A stretch of DNA of 64,000 nucleotides from Escherichia coli (GTDB lineage Bacteria > Pseudomonadota > Gammaproteobacteria > Enterobacterales > Enterobacteriaceae), in assembly GCF_013315695.1 (NCBI RefSeq), contig NZ_CP054353.1; one strand, written 5' to 3'. A program made the position numbers and the translations under genes. The notes beneath the pieces were generated by a model, which worked only from the letters and a program-made list of their open reading frames with translations, was not told the DNA's origin and made no database searches. Of this stretch, positions 9,401 through 19,140 are shown in pieces (within the stretch, counting starts at the first letter, position 1; each line of letters opens with the position of its first letter).

Positions 9401-10662
9401 CGAATACTCCTGACAACATCGCCCGCCAGATGCCACAGGCCGTGACGACGTAAATGACGCCAGAGCAACTGGCGCAGCGGCGGAACAGGTTTATCACCCT
9501 GATCCCATAAATCGCGGGAAATATCCTGCATTAACGCAGGCCACGCACGGTACCATCCAGGGCGTTGCAAAAGCGCCGGAACATGCTGATAACGTTGTAG
9601 AACATCCCATAGCAGGCTGCGCTCGACGTTGTGATGATAAAGCGCAAACAGATTTTGCGGCTCGCGGTGCTGGCAGGCGCTTATCAGCGTTTGTGCCGCC
9701 GCCTGCGCGCCAGTCAGCGCCATATCCATGCCGCGCACGGAAATTCCGGTATTGACGCAACTGCGCAACGCATCGCCCACCAGCAGCCAGCCGTTACCGG
9801 CGTATTGCACCGGCATACTGTGCAAGCCACCTTCTGGCACCAGATGCGCACCATACTCCAGTGATTCCGTGTTTTTGATAAGCGGGCGCACTGCCGGATG
9901 CGTTTTAAAGCGAGCCAGCAGCTCGCTTGCCGGAACACGACTTTGCGTAAGGGAAGAGAGCGGGCAAACAATCCCTAACGAGAGCGTTTGTTGATTAGTA
10001 TAAAGAAATGCGCCGCCGGGTAAGTCATCACAGATCCCGCCGCTGAACAGCAACGCTGCGCCTTCGTTATTCTCCAGATGAAAACGTTCTTCAATAGCGG
10101 ATGTTTCCAGCGACAGCACTTCTTTGATCCCCAACGCCATCGCTTCGCCAGCAGGACGAGTCACTAACCCGTGACGCTCAGCCAGGACGCTGTTGGCACC
10201 TTCTGCCAGCACCACATAACGGGCGCGGAGAATATCGTCACCACAAATGACACCACACACCCTGCCGTTTTCTTCATACAGCGCATCTACCGTCGCACCA
10301 GGGATGCATTCGACACCTTCTTTTTCGGCTTCGGCAACCAGCCACGGATCGAACCGTGCACGTAATACGCTCCAGGATTCACCGCCGGGCTGTAAGCTGG
10401 AAAACGTCGTTGCGCCATCCGGCGTTAGCAGAGAAAGACTTTCGTGAGTGATGCGTCGTTCAAGAGGCGCGGTCAGGTGAAACTGAGGGAGGAGTTCCGC
10501 GAGCGCCTGGGTATATAAACGCCCGCCGGAAAGGTTTTTACTGCCGGGAATTTCAGCGCGTTCCAGTAACAGAACGGATAAACCTGCCCGCGCGCAGCGT
10601 AAAGCACAAGCGGTGCCTGCTATACCGGCACCAATAATAATAATGTCGCAGTCGTCTTCCAT
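9391..10662 (-). CDS. ygcN: FAD-dependent oxidoreductase (FixC-like), 423 aa
   Basis: ORF MEDDCDIIIIGAGIAGTACA... carrying the GxGxxG dinucleotide-binding motif. Confidence 0.8.
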   Translation of the reverse strand: MEDDCDIIIIGAGIAGTACALRCARAGLSVLLLERAEIPGSKNLSGGRLYTQALAELLPQFHLTAPLERRITHESLSLLTPDGATTFSSLQPGGESWSVLRARFDPWLVAEAEKEGVECIPGATVDALYEENGRVCGVICGDDILRARYVVLAEGANSVLAERHGLVTRPAGEAMALGIKEVLSLETSAIEERFHLENNEGAALLFSGGICDDLPGGAFLYTNQQTLSLGIVCPLSSLTQSRVPASELLARFKTHPAVRPLIKNTESLEYGAHLVPEGGLHSMPVQYAGNGWLLVGDALRSCVNTGISVRGMDMALTGAQAAAQTLISACQHREPQNLFALYHHNVERSLLWDVLQRYQHVPALLQRPGWYRAWPALMQDISRDLWDQGDKPVPPLRQLLWRHLRRHGLWHLAGDVVRSIRCL

Positions 10663-10739
10663 GTCATGCCCCAGATATCCAGAGCGCAACACCCTAACAT
10701 AGCGTTACTTAAGGGAAATTGACCGCCGACACACTCTTA

Positions 10740-11105
10740 TCATTCGCCGCGATAGATGCAACCTGCGGTGCAGGTTTCTTTCACCATCACCGCACTTAAC
10801 AGCGGAACAACCGGTTTAACCTGATCCCAAATCCATTTTGCTAAAACCTCGCTGGTCGGGTTTTCCAGGCCAGGAATATCATTGAGATAATAGTGATCGA
10901 GGCGATCATAGGTTGGTTTAAACGCTGCTTTCAGTTCAGCGAAATCGATAATCCAGCCCGTATGCGGATCGACTTCCCCGGTAATTTCCAGTCGCACCAT
11001 AAAGGAATGCCCGTGCAGGCGACCACATTTATGTCCTTCCGGGACGTGTGGTAAGCGGTGAGCGGCTTCGAAGGTGAAATCTTTAAATAACGTGGTGGAC
11101 ATCAT
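10740..11105 (-). CDS. queD: 6-carboxy-5,6,7,8-tetrahydropterin synthase (queuosine biosynthesis)
   Basis: 121-aa [21 protein letters not shown]...CGRLHGHSF..., the PTPS family zinc-binding signature. Confidence 0.85.
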   Translation of the reverse strand: MMSTTLFKDFTFEAAHRLPHVPEGHKCGRLHGHSFMVRLEITGEVDPHTGWIIDFAELKAAFKPTYDRLDHYYLNDIPGLENPTSEVLAKWIWDQVKPVVPLLSAVMVKETCTAGCIYRGE

Positions 11106-11420
11106 AATTTCTCTACAGGACGATAAAACCGCCGTAGAGTACCGGAAAGGCTGTTTTTTCGCATTATCTAAAACGACTTTGTTGCGCAAAATCGCTGATT
11201 TATCTTAATGATTGGCTAAATTCACTTGTTTTTCATTGGGTTGAGTAATCTATTTTGTTGTTAAAGACTATTGCTAAAACAGGTTAGTCGATTTGGTTAT
11301 TAGTTATCGCTATCCCGTCTTTAATCCACACCGTTCACCCCGTTAACCTTACCTTCTCTTCTGTTTTATGGGCGCTGACAGGGCGCAGAAACAGCTTTGC
11401 TTACTGGAACATAACGACGC
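11106..11420. promoter_or_regulatory. Divergent queD / cysJIH promoter region (expected CysB-dependent cysJ promoter)
   Basis: 315-bp AT-rich intergenic region upstream of cysJ; CysB control of cysJIH is established knowledge, but individual sites were not mapped here. Confidence 0.4.
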
Positions 11421-13220
11421 ATGACGACACAGGTCTCACCTTCCGCGTTGCTTCCGTTGAACCCGGAGCAACTGGCACGCCTTCAGGCGGCCACGACCGA
11501 TTTAACTCCCACCCAGCTTGCCTGGGTTTCTGGCTATTTCTGGGGCGTGCTCAACCAGCAGCCTGCTGCGCTTGCAGCGACGCCAGCGCCCGCCGCAGAA
11601 ATGCCGGGTATAACTATTATCTCCGCCTCGCAAACCGGCAATGCGCGCCGGGTTGCTGAAGCATTACGCGATGATTTATTGGCAGCAAAACTGAACGTTA
11701 AGCTGGTGAACGCGGGCGACTATAAATTCAAACAAATCGCCAGCGAAAAACTGCTTATCGTGGTGACGTCAACGCAAGGAGAAGGGGAACCGCCGGAAGA
11801 AGCCGTCGCGCTGCATAAGTTCCTGTTCTCCAAAAAAGCGCCAAAGCTGGAAAACACCGCGTTTGCCGTGTTTAGCCTCGGCGATAGCTCTTATGAATTT
11901 TTCTGCCAGTCCGGGAAAGATTTTGACAGTAAGCTGGCGGAACTGGGCGGTGAACGCCTGCTTGACCGTGTCGATGCCGATGTTGAATATCAGGCCGCTG
12001 CCAGCGAGTGGCGCGCCCGCGTGGTTGATGCGCTTAAATCGCGTGCGCCTGTCGCGGCACCTTCGCAATCCGTCGCTACTGGCGCGGTAAATGAAATCCA
12101 CACCAGCCCGTACAGCAAAGACGCGCCGCTGGTGGCGAGCCTCTCTGTTAACCAGAAAATTACCGGGCGTAACTCTGAAAAAGACGTTCGCCATATCGAA
12201 ATTGACTTAGGTGACTCGGGCCTGCGTTACCAGCCGGGTGACGCGCTGGGTGTCTGGTATCAGAACGATCCGGCACTGGTGAAAGAACTTGTCGAACTGC
12301 TGTGGCTGAAAGGCGATGAACCTGTCACCGTCGAGGGCAAAACGTTGCCTCTGAACGAAGCGCTACAGTGGCACTTCGAACTGACCGTCAACACCGCCAA
12401 CATTGTTGAGAACTATGCCACGCTTACCCGCAGCGAAACGCTGCTGCCGCTGGTGGGCGATAAAGCGAAGTTACAGCATTACGCCGCGACCACGCCGATT
12501 GTCGACATGGTGCGTTTCTCTCCGGCGCAACTGGATGCCGAAGCGCTGATTAATCTGCTGCGCCCGCTGACCCCGCGCCTGTATTCCATCGCCTCCTCGC
12601 AGGCGGAAGTCGAGAACGAAGTACACGTCACCGTTGGCGTGGTGCGTTACGACGTGGAAGGCCGCGCCCGTGCCGGTGGTGCCTCCAGCTTCCTCGCGGA
12701 CCGCGTGGAAGAAGAGGGCGAAGTCCGCGTATTTATCGAACATAACGACAACTTCCGCCTGCCAGCCAACCCAGAAACCCCGGTGATTATGATTGGCCCA
12801 GGCACCGGCATCGCGCCGTTTCGCGCCTTTATGCAGCAGCGCGCCGCTGACGAAGCGCCGGGTAAAAACTGGTTGTTCTTTGGCAACCCGCACTTTACGG
12901 AAGATTTCCTCTACCAGGTGGAGTGGCAGCGCTACGTCAAAGAGGGCGTGCTGACGCGTATCGATCTTGCCTGGTCGCGCGACCAAAAAGAAAAAGTTTA
13001 TGTACAAGACAAACTGCGCGAACAGGGCGCAGAGCTGTGGCGCTGGATCAATGACGGTGCCCACATTTATGTCTGCGGCGACGCTAATCGCATGGCGAAA
13101 GACGTTGAACAGGCACTTCTGGAAGTGATTGCCGAATTTGGTGGCATGGACACCGAAGCGGCGGATGAATTTTTAAGTGAGCTGCGCGTAGAGCGCCGTT
13201 ATCAGCGAGATGTCTACTAA
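11421..13220 (+). CDS. cysJ: Sulfite reductase [NADPH] flavoprotein alpha component
   Basis: 599-aa [21 protein letters not shown]... with flavodoxin and FAD/NADPH-binding domains; operon with cysI and cysH. Confidence 0.95.
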   Translation: MTTQVSPSALLPLNPEQLARLQAATTDLTPTQLAWVSGYFWGVLNQQPAALAATPAPAAEMPGITIISASQTGNARRVAEALRDDLLAAKLNVKLVNAGDYKFKQIASEKLLIVVTSTQGEGEPPEEAVALHKFLFSKKAPKLENTAFAVFSLGDSSYEFFCQSGKDFDSKLAELGGERLLDRVDADVEYQAAASEWRARVVDALKSRAPVAAPSQSVATGAVNEIHTSPYSKDAPLVASLSVNQKITGRNSEKDVRHIEIDLGDSGLRYQPGDALGVWYQNDPALVKELVELLWLKGDEPVTVEGKTLPLNEALQWHFELTVNTANIVENYATLTRSETLLPLVGDKAKLQHYAATTPIVDMVRFSPAQLDAEALINLLRPLTPRLYSIASSQAEVENEVHVTVGVVRYDVEGRARAGGASSFLADRVEEEGEVRVFIEHNDNFRLPANPETPVIMIGPGTGIAPFRAFMQQRAADEAPGKNWLFFGNPHFTEDFLYQVEWQRYVKEGVLTRIDLAWSRDQKEKVYVQDKLREQGAELWRWINDGAHIYVCGDANRMAKDVEQALLEVIAEFGGMDTEAADEFLSELRVERRYQRDVY

Positions 13221-14932
13221 TGAGCGAAAAACATCCAGGGCCTTTAGTGGTCGAAGGAAAACTGACAGACGCCGAGCGCATGAAGCTTGAAAGCAACTAC
13301 CTGCGCGGCACCATTGCGGAAGATTTAAACGACGGTCTGACCGGCGGCTTTAAGGGCGACAACTTCCTGCTGATCCGCTTCCACGGCATGTATCAGCAGG
13401 ATGACCGCGACATCCGCGCCGAACGTGCTGAACAGAAGCTGGAGCCGCGCCACGCGATGCTGTTGCGCTGTCGTCTGCCGGGTGGGGTGATTACCACCAA
13501 ACAGTGGCAGGCGATCGATAAATTTGCCGGTGAAAACACCATCTATGGCAGCATTCGCCTGACCAACCGCCAGACGTTTCAGTTCCACGGCATTCTGAAA
13601 AAGAACGTCAAACCGGTGCACCAGATGCTGCACTCGGTCGGTCTTGATGCGCTGGCGACTGCTAACGACATGAACCGTAACGTACTCTGCACCTCGAACC
13701 CTTACGAGTCGCAGCTGCACGCGGAAGCCTATGAATGGGCTAAGAAAATATCTGAACATCTGCTGCCGCGTACCCGCGCGTATGCGGAGATCTGGCTCGA
13801 TCAGGAAAAAGTCGCCACCACCGATGAAGAACCGATCCTCGGTCAGACTTATTTGCCGCGTAAGTTCAAAACCACGGTAGTGATCCCGCCGCAGAACGAT
13901 ATCGATCTGCACGCCAACGACATGAACTTCGTGGCGATCGCCGAAAACGGCAAGCTGGTGGGCTTTAACCTGCTGGTGGGCGGTGGGCTTTCCATCGAGC
14001 ACGGCAACAAGAAAACCTACGCCCGCACGGCGAGTGAGTTTGGTTATCTGCCGCTGGAGCATACGCTGGCGGTGGCAGAAGCCGTCGTGACGACTCAGCG
14101 CGACTGGGGTAACCGAACCGATCGTAAAAATGCCAAAACCAAATACACGCTGGAGCGCGTGGGGGTTGAGACGTTTAAAGCGGAAGTGGAGCGTCGCGCG
14201 GGGATCAAATTTGAACCGATCCGTCCGTATGAGTTCACCGGACGCGGCGATCGTATTGGTTGGGTTAAGGGCATTGATGATAACTGGCACCTGACGCTAT
14301 TTATCGAAAATGGTCGCATCCTTGATTATCCGGGGCGTCCGCTGAAAACTGGCCTGCTGGAGATCGCGAAGATCCACAAAGGTGATTTCCGCATTACGGC
14401 GAACCAGAATCTGATCATCGCCGGTGTGCCGGAAAGCGAGAAAGCGAAGATCGAGAAGATCGCCAAAGAGAGCGGGTTAATGAATGCCGTCACGCCGCAG
14501 CGTGAAAACTCAATGGCCTGCGTGTCATTCCCGACTTGCCCGCTGGCGATGGCGGAAGCGGAGCGTTTCCTGCCGTCTTTTATCGACAACATCGATAATT
14601 TAATGGCGAAACATGGTGTCAGCGATGAGCATATCGTGATGCGTGTAACAGGCTGCCCGAACGGTTGTGGTCGCGCGATGCTGGCGGAAGTGGGCCTGGT
14701 GGGGAAAGCGCCGGGTCGCTACAACCTGCATCTTGGCGGCAACCGCATTGGGACACGTATCCCACGGATGTATAAAGAAAACATCACCGAGCCGGAAATC
14801 CTGGCGTCGCTTGATGAACTGATAGGGCGCTGGGCGAAAGAGCGCGAAGCGGGTGAAGGCTTCGGCGACTTTACGGTGCGTGCGGGCATCATTCGCCCGG
14901 TGCTCGATCCGGCGCGCGATTTGTGGGATTAA
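13220..14932 (+). CDS. cysI: Sulfite reductase hemoprotein beta component
   Basis: 570-aa ORF; start overlaps the cysJ stop; siroheme/4Fe-4S cysteine motifs (CTSNPY..., CPNGC). Confidence 0.95.
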   Translation: MSEKHPGPLVVEGKLTDAERMKLESNYLRGTIAEDLNDGLTGGFKGDNFLLIRFHGMYQQDDRDIRAERAEQKLEPRHAMLLRCRLPGGVITTKQWQAIDKFAGENTIYGSIRLTNRQTFQFHGILKKNVKPVHQMLHSVGLDALATANDMNRNVLCTSNPYESQLHAEAYEWAKKISEHLLPRTRAYAEIWLDQEKVATTDEEPILGQTYLPRKFKTTVVIPPQNDIDLHANDMNFVAIAENGKLVGFNLLVGGGLSIEHGNKKTYARTASEFGYLPLEHTLAVAEAVVTTQRDWGNRTDRKNAKTKYTLERVGVETFKAEVERRAGIKFEPIRPYEFTGRGDRIGWVKGIDDNWHLTLFIENGRILDYPGRPLKTGLLEIAKIHKGDFRITANQNLIIAGVPESEKAKIEKIAKESGLMNAVTPQRENSMACVSFPTCPLAMAEAERFLPSFIDNIDNLMAKHGVSDEHIVMRVTGCPNGCGRAMLAEVGLVGKAPGRYNLHLGGNRIGTRIPRMYKENITEPEILASLDELIGRWAKEREAGEGFGDFTVRAGIIRPVLDPARDLWD

Positions 14933-14945
14933 CCATCAGCCCGGT

Positions 14946-14984
14946 CTTGTAGGCCTGATAAGACGCGTGAGCGTCGCATCAGGC
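14946..14984. repeat. REP element between cysI and cysH
   Basis: CTTGTAGGCCTGATAAGACGCGTGAGCGTCGCATCAGGC, the same REP family as at 8440-8490. Confidence 0.6.
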
Positions 14985-15005
14985 AAGGCAAACAGTGAGG
15001 AACTT

Positions 15006-15740
15006 ATGTCCAAACTCGATCTAAACGCCCTGAACGAACTGCCAAAGGTAGACCGGATTCTGGCGCTGGCGGAAACTAACGCCCAACTGGAAAAACTGGA
15101 CGCTGAAGGCCGCGTAGCCTGGGCGCTGGATAATCTGCCCGGTGAATATGTACTTTCTTCCAGCTTTGGCATTCAGGCGGCGGTGAGCCTGCATCTGGTG
15201 AATCAGATTCACCCGGATATTCCAGTGATCCTCACCGATACCGGTTATCTGTTCCCGGAAACCTACCGCTTTATTGACGAGTTAACGGACAAACTCAAAC
15301 TCAACCTGAAAGTGTACCGTGCTACCGAAAGCGCTGCCTGGCAGGAAGCGCGCTACGGCAAACTGTGGGAACAGGGCGTTGAAGGTATTGAAAAGTACAA
15401 CGATATCAACAAAGTCGAACCGATGAACCGGGCGCTAAAAGAACTGAACGCGCAAACCTGGTTTGCCGGCCTGCGCCGTGAACAATCCGGCAGTCGTGCC
15501 AATTTACCGGTGCTGGCAATTCAGCGTGGCGTATTTAAAGTGCTGCCGATTATCGACTGGGATAACCGAACTATTTATCAGTACCTGCAAAAACATGGCC
15601 TGAAATATCACCCATTATGGGATGAAGGATATTTATCGGTCGGTGATACCCATACAACCCGTAAATGGGAACCCGGCATGGCGGAAGAAGAAACGCGTTT
15701 CTTTGGCTTAAAAAGAGAATGTGGGTTACACGAAGGGTAA
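15006..15740 (+). CDS. cysH: Phosphoadenosine phosphosulfate (PAPS) reductase
   Basis: 244-aa product [14 protein letters not shown]... ending ...ECGLHEG; the track ORF starting at 14853 is a 5' over-extension through the REP element. Confidence 0.9.
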   Translation: MSKLDLNALNELPKVDRILALAETNAQLEKLDAEGRVAWALDNLPGEYVLSSSFGIQAAVSLHLVNQIHPDIPVILTDTGYLFPETYRFIDELTDKLKLNLKVYRATESAAWQEARYGKLWEQGVEGIEKYNDINKVEPMNRALKELNAQTWFAGLRREQSGSRANLPVLAIQRGVFKVLPIIDWDNRTIYQYLQKHGLKYHPLWDEGYLSVGDTHTTRKWEPGMAEEETRFFGLKRECGLHEG

Positions 15741-15757
15741 ATATTGCCGGATAAATT

Positions 15758-15796
15758 AAACGCCTCTGTCAGAAATGATGGGGGCGTTTTTATTTT
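15758..15796 (+). terminator. Candidate terminator downstream of cysH
   Basis: AAACGCC...GGCGTTTTTATTTT: short GC stem plus T-run immediately after the cysH stop; the loop is long, so the call is weak. Confidence 0.35.
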
Positions 15797-15906
15797 GCGA
15801 GCAGCATTCCTGATTTTAAACGTGAACGTCGTTGGAAGAATTAACAGGTATAGAATGGCGTTGGGTGCTTGAGGCTGTCTGGCGTTAAGCATTCGCGAGG
15901 TTCCAG

Positions 15907-16008
15907 ATGGACAAAAGCCCCAGGCGATATTTCTATCAACCTGAGGCCAGCGTTCGAACCCAAACAATTCGAATGTTAGTCTCTTCTTTGCAGGGAGGCA
16001 AGACATGC
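15907..16008 (+). CDS. mok-like upstream reading frame, translationally coupled to hok
   Basis: 33-codon ORF ([15 protein letters not shown]...GGKTC) with a GAGG RBS; its TGA stop overlaps the hok ATG (ATGCTGA), the arrangement typical of hok/mok loci. Confidence 0.35.
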
Positions 16009-16157
16009 TGACAAAATATGCCCTTGTGGCAATCATAGTGCTGTGTTTTACAGTACTGGGATTCACGCTGATGGTAGGCGACTCGTTGTGTGAGTTGAGT
16101 ATCAGAGAACGTGGTATGGAGTTTAAGGCGGTTCTCGCTTACGAATCGAAGAAGTAG
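16005..16157 (+). CDS. hokX: Hok/Gef-family type I toxin (50 aa), apparently intact
   Basis: [50 protein letters not shown]: single TM helix followed by the conserved SLCE...AYES motif of Hok/Gef; GGAGG RBS; a GC hairpin (CGCGGGG-GTAAAA-CCCCGCG, 16164-16183) lies just downstream. Symbol by position between cysH and cas3. Confidence 0.7.
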   Translation: MLTKYALVAIIVLCFTVLGFTLMVGDSLCELSIRERGMEFKAVLAYESKK

Positions 16158-16199
16158 CCACCACGCGGGGGTAAAACCCCGCGTACTGAATTGTGATGG

Positions 16200-16351
16200 T
16201 TTGGTCTCCTGCACCCTTTTTTAATTTATATTGTTTATGTGAATATTATGCCTATGTTTATTATTCATATATATTACGGATGAAAATTATTTGATTATTC
16301 ATAATGTAAATATTTTATTGAACGATATATATCACAGATAATTTTTAATAT
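16200..16351 (+). promoter_or_regulatory. AT-rich cas3 upstream/promoter region
   Basis: About 150 bp of very AT-rich DNA immediately upstream of cas3; in K-12 the cas promoters are H-NS silenced (established knowledge, not verified for this sequence). Confidence 0.4.
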
Positions 16352-19051
16352 ATGCGTAAATATCCTTTAAGTTTACTGAAGGATAAAAATATTGTGACTT
16401 TTTTTGATTTCTGGGGAAAAACCCGACGCGGCGAGAAAGACGGGGGCGACGACTATCACCTTCTTTGCTGGCATTCGCTGGATGTAGCCGCGATGGGCTA
16501 TTTAATGGTTAAAAGCAATTGCTTCGGACTGGCTGACTATTTTCGTCAATTAGGTTTCGCTGACACGGAGCTGGCAGCACAATTTTTCGCCTGGCTGCTG
16601 TGCTGGCACGATATTGGAAAATTTGCCCGCTCTTTTCAGCAACTTTACCTGCACCCACAACTCAAGGTTCCGGAAGGCGCAAGAAAGAATTACGAAAAGA
16701 TCTCTCATTCAACGCTGGGCTACTGGTTGTGGAACCATTATTTAAGTGAATGTCAGGAGTTGCTTCCTTCATCTTCACTCTCTCCGCGCAAACTTAAACG
16801 GGTGATGGAGATGTGGATGCCCATGACTACCGGGCATCATGGTCGACCCCCTGAGCGTATGGATGAACTGGATAATTTTCTGCCTGAAGACAAAGGTGCC
16901 GCACGAGATTTTCTCCTTGCAATCAAGGTACTGTTTCCGCTCATAGAGATCCCCACATTCTGGGATGATGACGAGGGCGTTGAACTTATAAAACAACTTT
17001 CCTGGTATATCTCTGCAACCGTCGTACTTGCAGACTGGACGGGATCGTCAACGCGATATTTTCCACGCGTCGCACAGACAATGGATATTGAAGATTACTG
17101 GCAGAAAACTTTAGTTCAGGCTCAAAACGCCTTAACCGTCTTTCCTCCAAAAGCAGAAAGCGCGCCTTTCACCGGAATTAATACGCTGTTTCCTTTTATT
17201 GAGAATCCGACACCGCTACAGCAAAAGGTGCTGGATCTGGATATCAGCCAGCCGGGACCACAGTTATTTATTCTGGAGGATGTAACCGGCGCAGGTAAAA
17301 CAGAAGCGGCGCTTATCCTGGCGCACAGGTTGATGGCTGCGGGGAAAGCGCAGGGTTTGTTTTTTGGCCTGCCAACAATGGCAACGGCCAATGCCATGTA
17401 CGATCGACTGGTCAAAACCTGGCTTGCTTTCTATTCGCCAGAGTCCCGCCCCAGCCTGGTGCTGGCACACAGTGCCCGAACATTAATGGACCGCTTTAAT
17501 GAATCACTCTGGTCCGGTGATTTAGTCGGGTCAGAAGAACCGGATGAACAAACGTTCAGTCAGGGATGTGCGGCCTGGTTTGCCGACAGTAACAAGAAGG
17601 CGCTACTGGCTGAAATTGGCGTCGGCACGCTGGATCAGGCGATGATGGCTGTGATGCCGTTCAAACATAATAATCTGCGGCTTCTGGGACTGAGTAACAA
17701 AATCCTGCTGGCTGATGAGATCCATGCCTGTGACGCTTACATGTCATGCATTCTTGAAGGGCTGATCGAGCGGCAGGCGCGTGGCGGAAACAGCGTCATT
17801 TTGCTTTCTGCCACGTTATCTCAACAGCAGCGCGACAAACTCGTTGCTGCCTTTGCGCGTGGTATAGAGGGCCAGCAAGAAGCTCCGTTCCTGGAAAAGG
17901 ATGATTACCCCTGGCTGACGCACGTTACGAAATCCGATGTGCATTCACACCGGGTAGCGACGCGCAAAGACGTTGAGCGCAGCGTGAGTGTGGGTTGGCT
18001 TCATAGCGAACAAGAGTGTATTGCGCGTATCGAATCGGCGGTAAGTCAGGGGAAATGTATCGCCTGGATCCGAAATTCTGTCGATGACGCCATCCAGGTT
18101 CATCGTCAGTTACTTGCCCGCGGCGTCATTCCTGCTTCCAGCCTTTCACTTTTTCATAGCCGCTTTGCTTTTAGCGATCGCCAGCGAATTGAAACGGAGA
18201 CGCTGGCACGCTTTGGTAAAGAAGACTGTTCACAGCGTGCCGGAAAAGTCCTCATTTGTACTCAAGTCCTGGAGCAGAGCGTTGACTGCGACCTGGACGA
18301 AATGATTTCCGACCTTGCCCCTGTTGATTTACTGATCCAGCGAGCAGGGCGATTACAGCGACATATCCGCGATATGAATGGCCAGTTAAAGCGTGACGGT
18401 AAAGACGAGCGTCACCCTCCTGAATTGCTGATTCTGGCCCCCGTCTGGGACGACTCTCCGGGTGACGAATGGTTTGGCAGTGCCATGCGTAACAGTGCAT
18501 TTGTCTATCCCGATCATGGGCGAATCTGGCTGACGCAGCGTGTGCTGCGTGAGCAAGGTGCTATTCAGATGCCACACTCAGCCCGGCTTCTGATTGAATC
18601 AGTCTACGGTGAGGACGTAGTAATGCCGGAAGGGTTTGCCCGCAGCGAGCAGGAGCAAGTGGGCAAATATTACTGCGATCGCGCAATGGCTAAAAAGTTT
18701 GTACTGAACTTCAGGCCCGGCTATGCCGCCAATATCAACGATTACCTCCCGGAAAAACTGTCGACACGTCTGGCTGAAGAGTCTGTTTCCCTGTGGCTGG
18801 CTACCTGTATTGACGGTGTGGTGAAGCCTTATGCCACAGGTGCACACGCATGGGAAATGAGCGTTGTCAGAGTGCGCCGAAGCTGGTGGAAAAAACATCG
18901 GGATGAGTTTGCTTTACTGGAAGGGGATGCGTTCAGGCAGTGGTGCGTTGAACAGCGGCATGATCCGGAGATGGCAAACGTGATTTTAGTCACCGATGAC
19001 GAAAGTTGTGGGTATTCGGCTACGGAGGGATTGATTGGCAAGGTTGGTTGA
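16352..19051 (+). CDS. cas3: Type I-E Cas3 HD-nuclease/helicase
   Basis: 899-aa ORF with an N-terminal HD region (HSLDVAA...HDIGKF), Walker A GAGKTEAA and DExH box LLADEIHACD; start could instead be the GTG 14 codons downstream. Confidence 0.9.
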   Translation: MRKYPLSLLKDKNIVTFFDFWGKTRRGEKDGGDDYHLLCWHSLDVAAMGYLMVKSNCFGLADYFRQLGFADTELAAQFFAWLLCWHDIGKFARSFQQLYLHPQLKVPEGARKNYEKISHSTLGYWLWNHYLSECQELLPSSSLSPRKLKRVMEMWMPMTTGHHGRPPERMDELDNFLPEDKGAARDFLLAIKVLFPLIEIPTFWDDDEGVELIKQLSWYISATVVLADWTGSSTRYFPRVAQTMDIEDYWQKTLVQAQNALTVFPPKAESAPFTGINTLFPFIENPTPLQQKVLDLDISQPGPQLFILEDVTGAGKTEAALILAHRLMAAGKAQGLFFGLPTMATANAMYDRLVKTWLAFYSPESRPSLVLAHSARTLMDRFNESLWSGDLVGSEEPDEQTFSQGCAAWFADSNKKALLAEIGVGTLDQAMMAVMPFKHNNLRLLGLSNKILLADEIHACDAYMSCILEGLIERQARGGNSVILLSATLSQQQRDKLVAAFARGIEGQQEAPFLEKDDYPWLTHVTKSDVHSHRVATRKDVERSVSVGWLHSEQECIARIESAVSQGKCIAWIRNSVDDAIQVHRQLLARGVIPASSLSLFHSRFAFSDRQRIETETLARFGKEDCSQRAGKVLICTQVLEQSVDCDLDEMISDLAPVDLLIQRAGRLQRHIRDMNGQLKRDGKDERHPPELLILAPVWDDSPGDEWFGSAMRNSAFVYPDHGRIWLTQRVLREQGAIQMPHSARLLIESVYGEDVVMPEGFARSEQEQVGKYYCDRAMAKKFVLNFRPGYAANINDYLPEKLSTRLAEESVSLWLATCIDGVVKPYATGAHAWEMSVVRVRRSWWKKHRDEFALLEGDAFRQWCVEQRHDPEMANVILVTDDESCGYSATEGLIGKVG

Positions 19052-19140
19052 GATGTCTGCGACAGGATTCTCTGAATAGTTGATACACAAAAAAGGATGG
19101 ACAACCGACCAGGGATGGTCTTTTTTACGAGAGGATGCGT

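Noticed and set aside
13325-14290. 321-aa minus-strand ORF inside cysI (similar long antisense ORFs occur inside ygcU at 4337-5263, cysJ at 12471-13064, ygbK at 42343-43050, mutS at 47644-48216 and hycE at 59750-61183)
   Set aside because: They lie entirely within, and antisense or out of frame to, confidently identified genes; they lack RBSs and recognisable domains, and their amino-acid composition is typical of frame shadows.
14853-15005. 5' extension of the cysH ORF in the track (start at 14853)
   Set aside because: The extension runs through the REP element and the cysI stop region; the conserved N-terminus [14 protein letters not shown] begins at 15006.
15608-16214. Minus-strand ORFs of 152 aa (15608-16066) and 92 aa (15936-16214) in the cysH-cas3 intergenic region
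   Set aside because: They overlap the cysH 3' end and the hok locus in antisense, with no domain signal; the plus-strand mok/hok arrangement explains the region better.
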